In this document: piece by piece, positions 14,561-22,988 of the stretch
Layout: each line of letters begins with the position of its first letter
Numbering within the stretch: the first letter of the stretch is position 1
Source: a virus
Taxonomy: Duplodnaviria > Caudoviricetes
Length of the DNA stretch: 24,026 nt
Strand: one strand, 5' to 3'
IMG/VR virus record: IMGVR_UViG_3300022173_000071
Span: 1 to 24,026 of that record
Position numbers and translations under genes: made by a program
Notes under the pieces: model-generated
What the model was told of the DNA's origin: nothing
The model's database searches: none
Seen by the model: only the letters and a program-made list of their open reading frames with translations

Positions 14561-14685
14561 CGCCCGACGAGCTGCAACGCGTCCTCGACAACCGAGACCA
14601 CAAGCAGAGCGGTGGTGGTGCGCTCTATGCGGTCGCGCTCGCTGTCATCGCGCTCATCGTCTTCCTCGTCTACGGCGGGTTGTGA
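14557..14685 (+). CDS. small membrane protein (42 aa)
   Basis: GTGA overlaps; ALYAVALAVIALIVFLVYGGL TM helix. Confidence 0.7.
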   Translation: MTPDELQRVLDNRDHKQSGGGALYAVALAVIALIVFLVYGGL

Positions 14686-14906
14686 CCGGAGAGCGCAACA
14701 TGATCCGCGATGGCTACCGCTGGGATGTCATCGCGGACTTCTCGTGCAACTCGTCCGGTGTTCGCGTCGCGACCCGCAAGACCAAACTCGGAGCAGGCGC
14801 CTACGCAGCGCTGTTCTACAAACGCAACCGTCCGCACGTCGAGTGCGTGTTCGTTCGGTTGCGTCACGATCCACAACTCGTCGTGAAGAAGAGGAGACGC
14901 CGGTGA
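14682..14906 (+). CDS. basic hypothetical protein (74 aa; alternative start 14700)
   Basis: GTGA overlaps on both sides. Confidence 0.6.
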   Translation: MTGERNMIRDGYRWDVIADFSCNSSGVRVATRKTKLGAGAYAALFYKRNRPHVECVFVRLRHDPQLVVKKRRRR

Positions 14907-15289
14907 AGAAGCCAACCGTCAAGCAGAAGGTCGCCGCGTTCAACAAGACCATCGGAGCCATCTCGCGCGGCGACTTTGAGGTGAAGTCGAAGAAGACGCT
15001 GCCACCGGGTATGGAGCCACTGCCGCGGAAGCCGATCGTCGAGAAGATGTGCGAGTCGTGCCCGTTCGGTCCGAACCGGGGAGGTCCTAAGCTCACCGTC
15101 TCTGACGACGACCTCGCATCGTTCAAGCAGACGGCGATCGTCAGCGAGTTCTATTGCCACGAGACCGTGCTGATGGATGCTCGCACCAAGACCGACCCGA
15201 ACACCGGAGACGCAATCGGAATCCAACCGCACTTCCGCGTCTGCCGCGGTGGTTGGGAACTGAAGCTCAAGACCATGAGGAACCGATGA
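14903..15289 (+). CDS. putative zinc-binding protein (128 aa; CESCPF...FYCHE...CRG)
   Basis: GAGGAG RBS; CxxCPF/FxCH/CxG motif set. Confidence 0.8.
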   Translation: MKKPTVKQKVAAFNKTIGAISRGDFEVKSKKTLPPGMEPLPRKPIVEKMCESCPFGPNRGGPKLTVSDDDLASFKQTAIVSEFYCHETVLMDARTKTDPNTGDAIGIQPHFRVCRGGWELKLKTMRNR

Positions 15290-15585
15290 CAGACAGAGAG
15301 AAGGCAGCGAAGAAGCGGATCAAGGTCGCGATCATGCACCTGGAGAAGGCTCGCGCTGAGCTGGATGCTGCGTGCTCGGACATTTCTTCACTCACCGGAG
15401 CGACCGCCAGCTTCACGGTGATCAGGAAGCTCTCGCTGGACACCGTCGAGGCACGACGAGTGCTCAACTACGAGCTGGATGGTAGTGGTCCGAAGAAGCC
15501 CTGGGTTCTCGATCACGACCCCACTCCGCAGGAGCTGCACTGCGGACATGGACCGAAGCACGGATGCGGAAAGGGAAAGCGGTGA
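15286..15585 (+). CDS. hypothetical protein (99 aa, MTDREKAA...)
   Basis: GAGGA RBS; ATGA and GTGA overlaps. Confidence 0.75.
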   Translation: MTDREKAAKKRIKVAIMHLEKARAELDAACSDISSLTGATASFTVIRKLSLDTVEARRVLNYELDGSGPKKPWVLDHDPTPQELHCGHGPKHGCGKGKR

Positions 15586-15911
15586 TCGAGTGGTTCGTGA
15601 CAGCTCCGAATCCAAGGACCATCGATCAGAGCGCTGATGCAGGGCAGCGTGGTTGGTCTCTGCATGCGGTGGACATCAAGGATGGGAAGACGACTCTCGG
15701 AGAGATCCGACGTGCCACCGCAGCATGTGGACTCACACCCGCACATGGTTGGACTGTTGACCTGTTCATCACGGTCGATAACGGTGCCAAGAATTGCAAG
15801 CGGTGCGAACGCGCGCTCGCGAAGCATGGCAAGCATCCTCACCCATTCGAGGGACTCACCGACAAGGAGGGTCACTACATCCCGCTAGCAGACAGGAGAA
15901 CCAAGAGATGA
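15582..15911 (+). CDS. putative zinc-binding protein (109 aa; LHAV...ACG...CKRC)
   Basis: GTGA and ATGA overlaps; H-C-CxxC ligand set. Confidence 0.75.
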   Translation: MIEWFVTAPNPRTIDQSADAGQRGWSLHAVDIKDGKTTLGEIRRATAACGLTPAHGWTVDLFITVDNGAKNCKRCERALAKHGKHPHPFEGLTDKEGHYIPLADRRTKR

Positions 15912-16936
15912 GCCGACAGCAGTTCCGATCCACCAACTTTCGACCCGACACGCTCACCCGCATCACGCAGGCAGCAGCGATCATCGCGGAGTACGACGGG
16001 CAGAAGCTCACCGCACGTCAGGTCTACTACCAGTTCGTCGCACGTGACCTGATCCCGAACACGCCGCGCAGCTACCAGAACCTCACGAGCATCCTGACTG
16101 ATGCGCGCTACGCCGGCCTCATCAGCTGGGACTCGATCGAGGACCGTGGTCGCGAGCCCGACGTGCCGTCCTCGTGGGACTCCATCGACGAGCTTGTCGA
16201 TGCAGCCGTCAACCAGTGGCGCTCGCCGCGGTGGAAGGACCAACCGAAGTACGTCGAGCTGTGGGTGGAGAAGCAAGCGCTCGCAGGCGTGCTCTCTCCC
16301 ATCGCGCGCCGGAACCACATCCCGCTGATGGTCAACAAGGGCTACAGCTCGGCGAGCGCGATGAAGGCAGCAGCCGAGCGCATGCTCGAAGCGTGCGGTG
16401 TCACGGTGCAGGTGCAGTGCGACGACTGCGCGTCGGACTTCGACTACCGCGAGGTCGACGGGACCTGCAAATACTGCGAGCAGAAGACCAACCCGATGTT
16501 CCGGTGGAACTACGCGAGCGGTGATCAGGAAGGCAACGAGTGCGAGGACGTCGAGAAGGAGGTCATCGTGCTGTACCTCGGCGACCACGACCCGAGCGGC
16601 AAGGACATGATCCGCGACATCCGTGACCGGCTCACGGAGTTCGGCGTGCCGAACCTGAAGGTCGATGCCATCGCGCTCACCACGGAGCAGGTGCGCCGGT
16701 TCAATCCACCACCGAACCCGGCGAAGATCACCGACTCGCGGGCTGCTGCATACATCGCGGAGTTCGGTAACCAGAGCTGGGAGCTGGACGCGCTGCCGCC
16801 TCGTGAGCTGAATCGAATCGTCGAGCAGGGCATCACCAGGAACATCAACCGCAAGCTAATGAACGAGGTCATCGCGCGCGAGGACGTGGAGCGTGAGCGC
16901 GTGCGTGCAGCCATCGAGAAGAGCCGAGAGTCATGA
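15908..16936 (+). CDS. Topoisomerase VI-A/Spo11-like winged-helix plus TOPRIM protein with inserted Zn ribbon (342 aa)
   Basis: AGGAG RBS; LTARQVYY (candidate catalytic Tyr), VELWVEK, YLGDHDPSG (DxD), WELDAL; CDDC...CKYC insertion. Confidence 0.8.
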   Translation: MSRQQFRSTNFRPDTLTRITQAAAIIAEYDGQKLTARQVYYQFVARDLIPNTPRSYQNLTSILTDARYAGLISWDSIEDRGREPDVPSSWDSIDELVDAAVNQWRSPRWKDQPKYVELWVEKQALAGVLSPIARRNHIPLMVNKGYSSASAMKAAAERMLEACGVTVQVQCDDCASDFDYREVDGTCKYCEQKTNPMFRWNYASGDQEGNECEDVEKEVIVLYLGDHDPSGKDMIRDIRDRLTEFGVPNLKVDAIALTTEQVRRFNPPPNPAKITDSRAAAYIAEFGNQSWELDALPPRELNRIVEQGITRNINRKLMNEVIAREDVERERVRAAIEKSRES

Positions 16937-17505
16937 TCGCTGATGTCTTCACGAAGCGATTCATCCTCTGCCCAACGTGCAAGCAGCACGAGCACAGCGT
17001 CGAGCACATGATCACAGGTGAGAAGCGCACGTTCGGACCGTGGCAGTGCAGGTCCGAGGACTGCCGGACGGAGATCTGGGGAACGGTCCGTGTTGATGGA
17101 ACGATCGAGATCCGAACCACGACAGCGAAGCCGAAGGGATTCGCGCTCTGCAAGCTGCGCGACCTCTATCTGGTGCTCGAAGAGGAGTACGGAAGGATCC
17201 AAGGCCCGGACTACTTCTACCACTCGCACCAGTGCCCGACGAACCTCATGCGGAAGGTCATCGAGGTGTTCGGTCCGAGCGGTGAGCACGATGTACACGG
17301 GATGATCCGGTACGTCGCCGGCATCGAGAACACACCCGAGACGCGCAAGGCACTCAAGGGTGACGAGACTGCACTGACCCGACGTCGGGTGTTCGAGCTG
17401 TTCGGCACCGATGGAGAGCCCATCGCTACGGATTGGCCGGAAGCGAACGAGGGTGTGATTCCGATGATCGCCGCGTGGCAACGCGAGGAGCAAAAGAAGT
17501 CATGA
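16933..17505 (+). CDS. Cys/His-rich hypothetical protein (190 aa)
   Basis: ATGA overlaps; CPTC, CRSEDC, YHSHQCP. Confidence 0.8.
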   Translation: MIADVFTKRFILCPTCKQHEHSVEHMITGEKRTFGPWQCRSEDCRTEIWGTVRVDGTIEIRTTTAKPKGFALCKLRDLYLVLEEEYGRIQGPDYFYHSHQCPTNLMRKVIEVFGPSGEHDVHGMIRYVAGIENTPETRKALKGDETALTRRRVFELFGTDGEPIATDWPEANEGVIPMIAAWQREEQKKS

Positions 17506-17891
17506 GCGGAACCAAGGAAGAAAAGGTCCAGCGCTCTCAGGAGCAGGTGATCGCATGGGCGTTCGAGCACCACCCGGACAAGATGGATCCGTACAAGACG
17601 TTCGGTGAGCAGCTCGTGCTGGCGAGTCGGCTGTTCAAGGAGCATGTGGATGCAGTCGATGCCAAGAAGGCTGAGCTGCCGCCAGGCGCCATCCGACTTG
17701 ACCCGGCTGTCGCTGCCGCGAAGCGTCTCATCACGACGCTCAACGCACAGCCCAGGTTGAGAGGACTCATCCGCGTGATCAACGATGACATCGTCATCGT
17801 GTGCTCCGTGATCCTCCAGATCGCCGGTCACCAGATCGTCGACAAGACGGGTGATGCAGTTCCTGTTGACAACGTCACCACTAAGGAGTAG
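17502..17891 (+). CDS. hypothetical protein (129 aa, MSGTKEEK...)
   Basis: GAGGAG RBS; ATGA overlap. Confidence 0.75.
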   Translation: MSGTKEEKVQRSQEQVIAWAFEHHPDKMDPYKTFGEQLVLASRLFKEHVDAVDAKKAELPPGAIRLDPAVAAAKRLITTLNAQPRLRGLIRVINDDIVIVCSVILQIAGHQIVDKTGDAVPVDNVTTKE

Positions 17892-17894
17892 GGT
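17865..17894 (+). promoter_or_regulatory. sigma70-type promoter with palindromic operator (P4), inside the 3' end of the upstream gene
   Basis: GTTGACAACGTCACC 17865-17879; TTGACA 17866-17871, 17-nt spacer, TAGGGT 17889-17894; shares the GTTCCTGTTGACA flank with P1. Confidence 0.65.
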
Positions 17895-17900
17895 CACATC

Positions 17901-18281
17901 ATGACGAACGATGACCTCCGAGAAGCGATCGGCGAGATGCTCGGCAAGATCAAGCAGGCATCAGATGAGTTCGATGACCTGGTCACAGAAGCCTCGCGCA
18001 AGGGTTACGTCGGAGACCTCTACCGCACCGACTACACCGTGACCGGTCGTGGTGCCTTCCCGATGGACATGCTGCGCTACGCAGTCTCGTGGCCGCACGA
18101 TGAATCGGATGCGAGCAACATCACCTACAGCCAAGACGATGACAACGACACTGAGACGTACGTCATCCGTCTCAGCAAGTACCACCGTGATGCGATGCCT
18201 CAGCTCTGCGATGAGCGCTGGGAGCAGAAGTTCCGATGGAAGGTCCTCCGCAACAACACCATCGAGACGGTGAAGATCTGA
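17901..18281 (+). CDS. conserved phage hypothetical protein (126 aa; VTGRGAFPMDMLRY motif)
   Basis: ATG 17901; motif recalled from a widespread phage family. Confidence 0.85.
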   Translation: MTNDDLREAIGEMLGKIKQASDEFDDLVTEASRKGYVGDLYRTDYTVTGRGAFPMDMLRYAVSWPHDESDASNITYSQDDDNDTETYVIRLSKYHRDAMPQLCDERWEQKFRWKVLRNNTIETVKI

Positions 18282-18514
18282 TGGCGAAACCGGAGTTCGA
18301 TGTCTTCGCTCGCTCATTCACACCTGACAGCAGCGGCAAGAAACACTGGAAGCGGGTCGGTGTCGGATGGCAGAGCAAGAGCAGGGTCGGTGTGCCCTAC
18401 ATCAAGGTGAAGCTCGACTTCATCCCGAACGATGGCGAGCTAGCCATCTATCCCGTAGATGAAACCAACAAGACGCGAACGCGTTTCGACGCAATCGCAG
18501 AGGAGCTAGACTGA
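18281..18514 (+). CDS. small beta-rich protein (77 aa; WKRVGVGW motif), possibly nucleic-acid binding
   Basis: TGATG overlaps on both sides. Confidence 0.75.
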   Translation: MAKPEFDVFARSFTPDSSGKKHWKRVGVGWQSKSRVGVPYIKVKLDFIPNDGELAIYPVDETNKTRTRFDAIAEELD

Positions 18515-19086
18515 TGGCGAAGCGCAAACGTGAGAAGCACAGCTACCACGTGAAGTGGACACCGTTCGCGCGGTGCAGCTCGTGGTCCGATGCGGATGGC
18601 AACCAGCACAAGATCCCGGATGAGATGGTGGTGCTGCGGAACAACATCTTCACCGTCACGGTCGAGGGTTGTGATGTGCCGCCTCCGATGGGTCCGGTCG
18701 CGTGGCTGTCGATCAAGCGCAATGACCGCACCACCATCCACGACTGGCGCGAGCTGCAGCGCATCAAGAACATGATCATGGGTGAGGAGTGCGAGGCCGT
18801 CGAGATCTACCCGGCCGAGAGCCGGCTCCACGACACCGCGAACCAGTACCACCTCTGGTGCTTCGCGCCCGGATACCAGCTGCCGTTCGGATACCTCGGC
18901 CGCTTCGTGGCAGACGAGACGACCGATGGCACCGGACCGGATCGCAACGCGAAGCAGCGTCCGTTCACGATGGATGACAAGCCGACGGACTGCCTCCGTG
19001 GTGCTGACCTGCCGAAGCTGTTCGGTGCGGATCCCACGCTCGGTGCCAAGCTCGCGCATCGCCGGCTCACCGCTGAGAAGAAGTGA
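18514..19086 (+). CDS. conserved phage hypothetical protein (190 aa; WRELQRIKN...EAVEIYPAESRL.DTANQYHLW)
   Basis: GAGGAG RBS; motif recalled from a widespread family of unknown function. Confidence 0.85.
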   Translation: MAKRKREKHSYHVKWTPFARCSSWSDADGNQHKIPDEMVVLRNNIFTVTVEGCDVPPPMGPVAWLSIKRNDRTTIHDWRELQRIKNMIMGEECEAVEIYPAESRLHDTANQYHLWCFAPGYQLPFGYLGRFVADETTDGTGPDRNAKQRPFTMDDKPTDCLRGADLPKLFGADPTLGAKLAHRRLTAEKK

Positions 19087-19325
19087 TGCCGTCTCCGAAG
19101 CCGACGCGCGATCCGTTCCTCGATGACAAGAGCAACTTCGTCACTGTCACCTCGGGAATGCGCGGCTGGTTCGCGGTCCAGATGTGGTGGAACAACCAGG
19201 ACGGCAACTTCTGGGAGCCGTGGAGCACCCGTCCCACCTCGTACACGACACCCGAGGAAGCCGAGGTCGAGGCTGAAGAATGGGCTGAAGCCGAAGGGAT
19301 TCGCTTCAAACCGTTCACCAAGTAG
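19086..19325 (+). CDS. hypothetical protein (79 aa)
   Basis: TGATG overlap. Confidence 0.75.
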   Translation: MPSPKPTRDPFLDDKSNFVTVTSGMRGWFAVQMWWNNQDGNFWEPWSTRPTSYTTPEEAEVEAEEWAEAEGIRFKPFTK

Positions 19326-19338
19326 GTAGTATCCCCCC

Positions 19339-19563
19339 ATGACATTCAATGGGGTGAAGGTGTTCTCGGCAACCATGATTGCGGACCGGCAGGTGCTCGG
19401 AGAGCGAGTGACCGACTGGCTCACCGCTCACCCGACGTTCGAGATCGGCGAGATGCTGGTGACACAGTCCAGCGATTCGGCGTTCCACTGCCTCGCAATC
19501 ACCGTCTTCTACCGGGACCCGGCAGCGGCGGCGCGAACCCTCCCTCCACGAAAGAACCCGTGA
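19339..19563 (+). CDS. small protein resembling a conserved myxobacterial hypothetical family (GVKVFSAT...LGE.VT.WL...VTQSSD..FHCL.I..FY)
   Basis: Family motif recognised from memory. Confidence 0.8.
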   Translation: MTFNGVKVFSATMIADRQVLGERVTDWLTAHPTFEIGEMLVTQSSDSAFHCLAITVFYRDPAAAARTLPPRKNP

Positions 19564-19593
19564 GTTGACAATGTCAACAAGAACAACTACAAC
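19564..19593 (+). promoter_or_regulatory. perfect palindromic operator and promoter upstream of the RHH gene (P5)
   Basis: GTTGACA-A-TGTCAAC 19564-19578; TTGACA 19565-19570, 17-nt spacer, weak -10 TACAAC 19588-19593. Confidence 0.75.
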
Positions 19594-19600
19594 CGACACC

Positions 19601-19810
19601 ATGGCGCCGAAGAAGAAGAAGCTGAAGCCGGAGAAGAATCCGGTTGGTCGACCGAAGACACTGCCGGCGGAGCTGGACACGCGGTTCCAGATTCGTTGCG
19701 CCAAGGTCGACGAGAAGGCGTGGAAGGCTCACGCGAAGAAGCTCGGCTACTCCGCCGGTCAGTGGATCCGCAAGGTCCTGAACGAAGCGCTCGCGCAGCC
19801 TGCGAAGTAG
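19601..19810 (+). CDS. ribbon-helix-helix DNA-binding protein (69 aa)
   Basis: Basic N-terminal tail with GRPK; alternating strand TRFQIRC, helix DEKAWKAHAKKLG, turn GYS, helix AGQWIRKVLNEAL. Confidence 0.8.
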   Translation: MAPKKKKLKPEKNPVGRPKTLPAELDTRFQIRCAKVDEKAWKAHAKKLGYSAGQWIRKVLNEALAQPAK

Positions 19811-19834
19811 TCGGCGGCGGCGTAAGCTCGATCG

Positions 19835-21589
19835 ATGAAGATTGCTGACCTGATCGAGACACCACCCGAGGCATCGGCGATGGGCGGCTTAGAAGCGCTC
19901 GCGGCGAAGGACCCGGTCATCTGGTGTGCTCTCAACCGTCGCGTGAAGGGCGAGCCGCTCGTCTACGACAACTCGCGCAAGCTCGAACCGGAGCAGCTCG
20001 ACATCGTCAAGAAGACGCTCATCAAGAGCGACTACGAGAACGAGCTGCAGGCGCGGCTGCTCCACCATCGGCCGTTCCTCAAGCAGCCGCTACGTGACCA
20101 GCACAAGCACAAGGCATATGAGAAGGGTCGCCAGGTCGGCGTGTCCGAGCTTGCGGTCTCGGAGGTGTTCCACTTCCTCGCTACGCATCCGGGCACGAAG
20201 CTGATCCTCACGTTCCCACGTGACAAGCAGCTTCAGGACTTCTCGATCACACGCATCGCCTCAGCGTTCGGTGAGTCACCTCGGATGGCCATGCTCGCGG
20301 GCATCCCGAATCAGGTGTTCACCAAGCGCATCGGTGACAGCTACCTCATCCTCCGCAGCGCCTGGGAATCCAACCTCGGCGAAGGTGTCGACGCGGATGC
20401 CGTGTTCCTCGATGAGAAGGACCGCATGCGCGACAAGGTCGAGCTTGCGTTCCGCGAGTCGCTGAAGTCGTCGCGTTACGGTCTGTTCCGCGAGTACAGC
20501 ACGCCCACGCTTCCCGGCCGCGGTATCGACGTTCCGTTCCGCGATTCGGACCAGCAGGTCTGGATGGTGAAGTGCGAGAAGTGCAACGAGTGGCAGGAGA
20601 TCGAGTGGCGCGCGAACATCGTCCAGGTCAAGGACTTCCCCACTGGCACGAAGGAGCTTCCACCGGAGAGCTACGAGTACCTGTGTCACAAGGTGAAGTG
20701 CCGCGGGAAGCTCGACCGCATCTACACGGGACGATGGGTGGCGCGGTTCCCCGACCGCAATCACATCCGCGGCTACCACGTCTCGCAGCTCATCGCTCCG
20801 TGGATCTCCGCCACGCGCGTGATGCAGGACAAGATCGACTTCCGCTGGATCCAACCGTGGCTCAACTACGTGTGCGGTCTGCCGGCGTCGATGGACGATG
20901 CGCTCGTTGGTGATCAGGACTTCGAGAACGCGTGCGCAGGTCACGAGTTCATCCACGGGCGCACGAGCGACTGGACGCAGATCTCCTCCGGCATCGATTG
21001 GGGATACTTCTCGTGGTGCGTGACGCTGGGACGCAACCGCAACAACAACCGCGTCTACCTCCTCGACATCGGGATCTTCGAGGACACCTCGGAGGAGCTT
21101 GGAGCTGCGAAGGCGGTCGAGAAGTTCCTCGCACCGTTCGTACCTGACATCGTCATCGCGGATGCTGGCTACGGCAAGGATCGCAACGCGTACCTGATGC
21201 GCAGGCTCTGTCCGACAGGTAACGAGGGACGTTTCTACGCGCAGTGGTACAACCCGAGCGCGAAGTCGAGCCGCACGTTCCAACCCGAGTGGTCCGATCC
21301 AGCGCGTGGACGCGTGCTCGTCGACCGCACGATGGCGCTCAAGAACGTCTGTCACTCGATCAAGGAGCGCGAGTTCGGCCTTCCGAGTCTGGCGCTCGAT
21401 AAGATGCAGCTGCTACACCGCCACTTCCGCGCGCTCGCGTTGCTCAAGGAGATCGACGACGAGACCAAGGAGATGGTAGAGGCGGTCAGCTCGTCAGGAG
21501 ATGACCACCTTGTTCATGCCACCGCGAGCGCACTCTTGGGGATGGAGAAGCTCTCCAAGCACAGCAAGTTCGATTTCAGTTTCGAGTAA
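19835..21589 (+). CDS. terL: terminase large subunit (GpA-type ATPase plus RNase H-like nuclease)
   Basis: Walker A-like KGRQVGVSE, Walker B AVFLDEKD, coupling motif STPT, CEKC...C-x3-C Zn site, nuclease GIDWG, IADAGYG, DDHLVHA. Confidence 0.9.
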   Translation: MKIADLIETPPEASAMGGLEALAAKDPVIWCALNRRVKGEPLVYDNSRKLEPEQLDIVKKTLIKSDYENELQARLLHHRPFLKQPLRDQHKHKAYEKGRQVGVSELAVSEVFHFLATHPGTKLILTFPRDKQLQDFSITRIASAFGESPRMAMLAGIPNQVFTKRIGDSYLILRSAWESNLGEGVDADAVFLDEKDRMRDKVELAFRESLKSSRYGLFREYSTPTLPGRGIDVPFRDSDQQVWMVKCEKCNEWQEIEWRANIVQVKDFPTGTKELPPESYEYLCHKVKCRGKLDRIYTGRWVARFPDRNHIRGYHVSQLIAPWISATRVMQDKIDFRWIQPWLNYVCGLPASMDDALVGDQDFENACAGHEFIHGRTSDWTQISSGIDWGYFSWCVTLGRNRNNNRVYLLDIGIFEDTSEELGAAKAVEKFLAPFVPDIVIADAGYGKDRNAYLMRRLCPTGNEGRFYAQWYNPSAKSSRTFQPEWSDPARGRVLVDRTMALKNVCHSIKEREFGLPSLALDKMQLLHRHFRALALLKEIDDETKEMVEAVSSSGDDHLVHATASALLGMEKLSKHSKFDFSFE

Positions 21590-21605
21590 CCACAAGGAGC
21601 AGAAG

Positions 21606-21992
21606 ATGATCGATGTCATGGGTAAGAGCACCGAAGAGCTGGAAGCGGAGCTGAAGACCCTCTCCGCCAGCATCACCACCGACAGCAACAAGCTCACCGA
21701 TGATCAGTCTCTGTTCCAGAGCATCACAGTCGAGTTGAAGAATCGTCGTGAAACGAAGGATGAACAGCCGATACCAACCATCATCCCGACAGGTGATGAA
21801 GCGCTCGCCCGCGAGAACGATCGTCTCCGCAACGAGAACCGCCAGCTCATCCTCAAGGTGATCTCGATGGAGACCGAGCAGGCCAAGCTCGTTGTCGAGG
21901 CCGAGGTCGCCAAGGCGATGCAGCGCGAGGCTGAAGACAAGCTCGCGCTCGTCGTGAAGTATATCAAGCCAGCTGCCGAGCAGAGCAGCTAG
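21606..21992 (+). CDS. coiled-coil hypothetical protein (128 aa)
   Basis: AAGGAG RBS before ATG 21606; heptad-rich. Confidence 0.8.
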   Translation: MIDVMGKSTEELEAELKTLSASITTDSNKLTDDQSLFQSITVELKNRRETKDEQPIPTIIPTGDEALARENDRLRNENRQLILKVISMETEQAKLVVEAEVAKAMQREAEDKLALVVKYIKPAAEQSS

Positions 21993-22025
21993 TAACCAAC
22001 CGTCACAGATACCGAGGAGAAGAGC

Positions 22026-22691
22026 ATGTCCGTCAAGTTGATGACCACCGAGCAGATCCACACCAACCTCGCCAGCATCCACAACATGTGGTCCGGCGGC
22101 GTTCCACCCGAGCAGGTCGACCAGGTCAACGCGCTCAAGTCTGAGCTGAAGCGCCGCGGTGTCGAGATGAACGCGCAGGCTCCGATCCTGCCGAGGGTGC
22201 AGGCGCAGGCACCCGAGGGCATGACCATGGAGCAGCTCCAGCTGGAGCTTGCCAAGGTCTCCTTGGAGATCAGCAAGAGCCCGAACGACGACTCGCTGCA
22301 GGAGCGGTTCGCGAACGTGCGCTTCGAGCTGCGTCAGCGGGCCAGCAGGGTCGAGCGGACTCCGCCGCCACCGATGATGACTCCTGATGCACCCGAGCCG
22401 ACCAATGGTACCAACGGTCACAGCAGCTTCGAGGAGGCTGCTGTCGTGCGTCGTACCGCTGAGATGCCGCGAGGAAGTGGGATCGACGTCGCGGCGCAGG
22501 CGCAGGCGCGCATGCAGAGCATGCAGGAGATGGAGGCGCTCGTGCGCAAGCACAACCTCGCCAAGCTCGCCGCGGACTCGGCGTCGCGGATCCTCTCGAT
22601 GAATAGCGATCCGAACGGCGACGACATCGACAGCGCTTGCAACATCGGCATGGCTGTCGCCGAGAAGATCTTCGAGAAGGTCGGGCTGTGA
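22026..22691 (+). CDS. helical hypothetical protein with an internal repeat (221 aa)
   Basis: GAGGAG RBS; two MTxEQ...EL(K/R)xR units. Confidence 0.85.
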   Translation: MSVKLMTTEQIHTNLASIHNMWSGGVPPEQVDQVNALKSELKRRGVEMNAQAPILPRVQAQAPEGMTMEQLQLELAKVSLEISKSPNDDSLQERFANVRFELRQRASRVERTPPPPMMTPDAPEPTNGTNGHSSFEEAAVVRRTAEMPRGSGIDVAAQAQARMQSMQEMEALVRKHNLAKLAADSASRILSMNSDPNGDDIDSACNIGMAVAEKIFEKVGL

Positions 22692-22954
22692 GCGTCGACG
22701 CCGAGATCTCCTTCATCCACGCGCTCACCAAGCACTTATTCAACATCCCGGAGGATCAAGCTCAGGAGATCTTCATCGGTGTGCAGCCACGCGGAGAGCG
22801 GTGGCGGGTGCGGGTGACGAGTCCGAGCTTCTTCATGGAAGAGGAAGCGGAGAAGCTGTCAGAGGCTCTCGGTACGATGGTCGAGAAGCTGACCGCGAAG
22901 GTGACAGCCAAGCTCGACGAAGGCGCGAAGCTACTCGGTCAGACTGAAACGTGA
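22688..22954 (+). CDS. hypothetical protein (88 aa, MSVDAEIS...)
   Basis: GTGA overlap; protein-like composition. Confidence 0.75.
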   Translation: MSVDAEISFIHALTKHLFNIPEDQAQEIFIGVQPRGERWRVRVTSPSFFMEEEAEKLSEALGTMVEKLTAKVTAKLDEGAKLLGQTET

Positions 22955-22988
22955 CGACGCGGCCGACGCCGCGATGAGGAGTACGAGA

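Noticed and set aside
5689-21355. Long minus-strand ORFs (e.g. 5689-7008, 7425-8318, 12912-13961, 16525-17493, 20276-21355)
   Set aside because: They lie antisense to well-supported + strand genes, have no motifs, and are expected shadows in GC-rich DNA
396-21992. Genome-wide TAG recoding
   Set aside because: Most other TAG-ending genes (9779, 10426, 10771, 17891, 21992) are followed by new RBS or promoter signals, and long genes have no internal TAG
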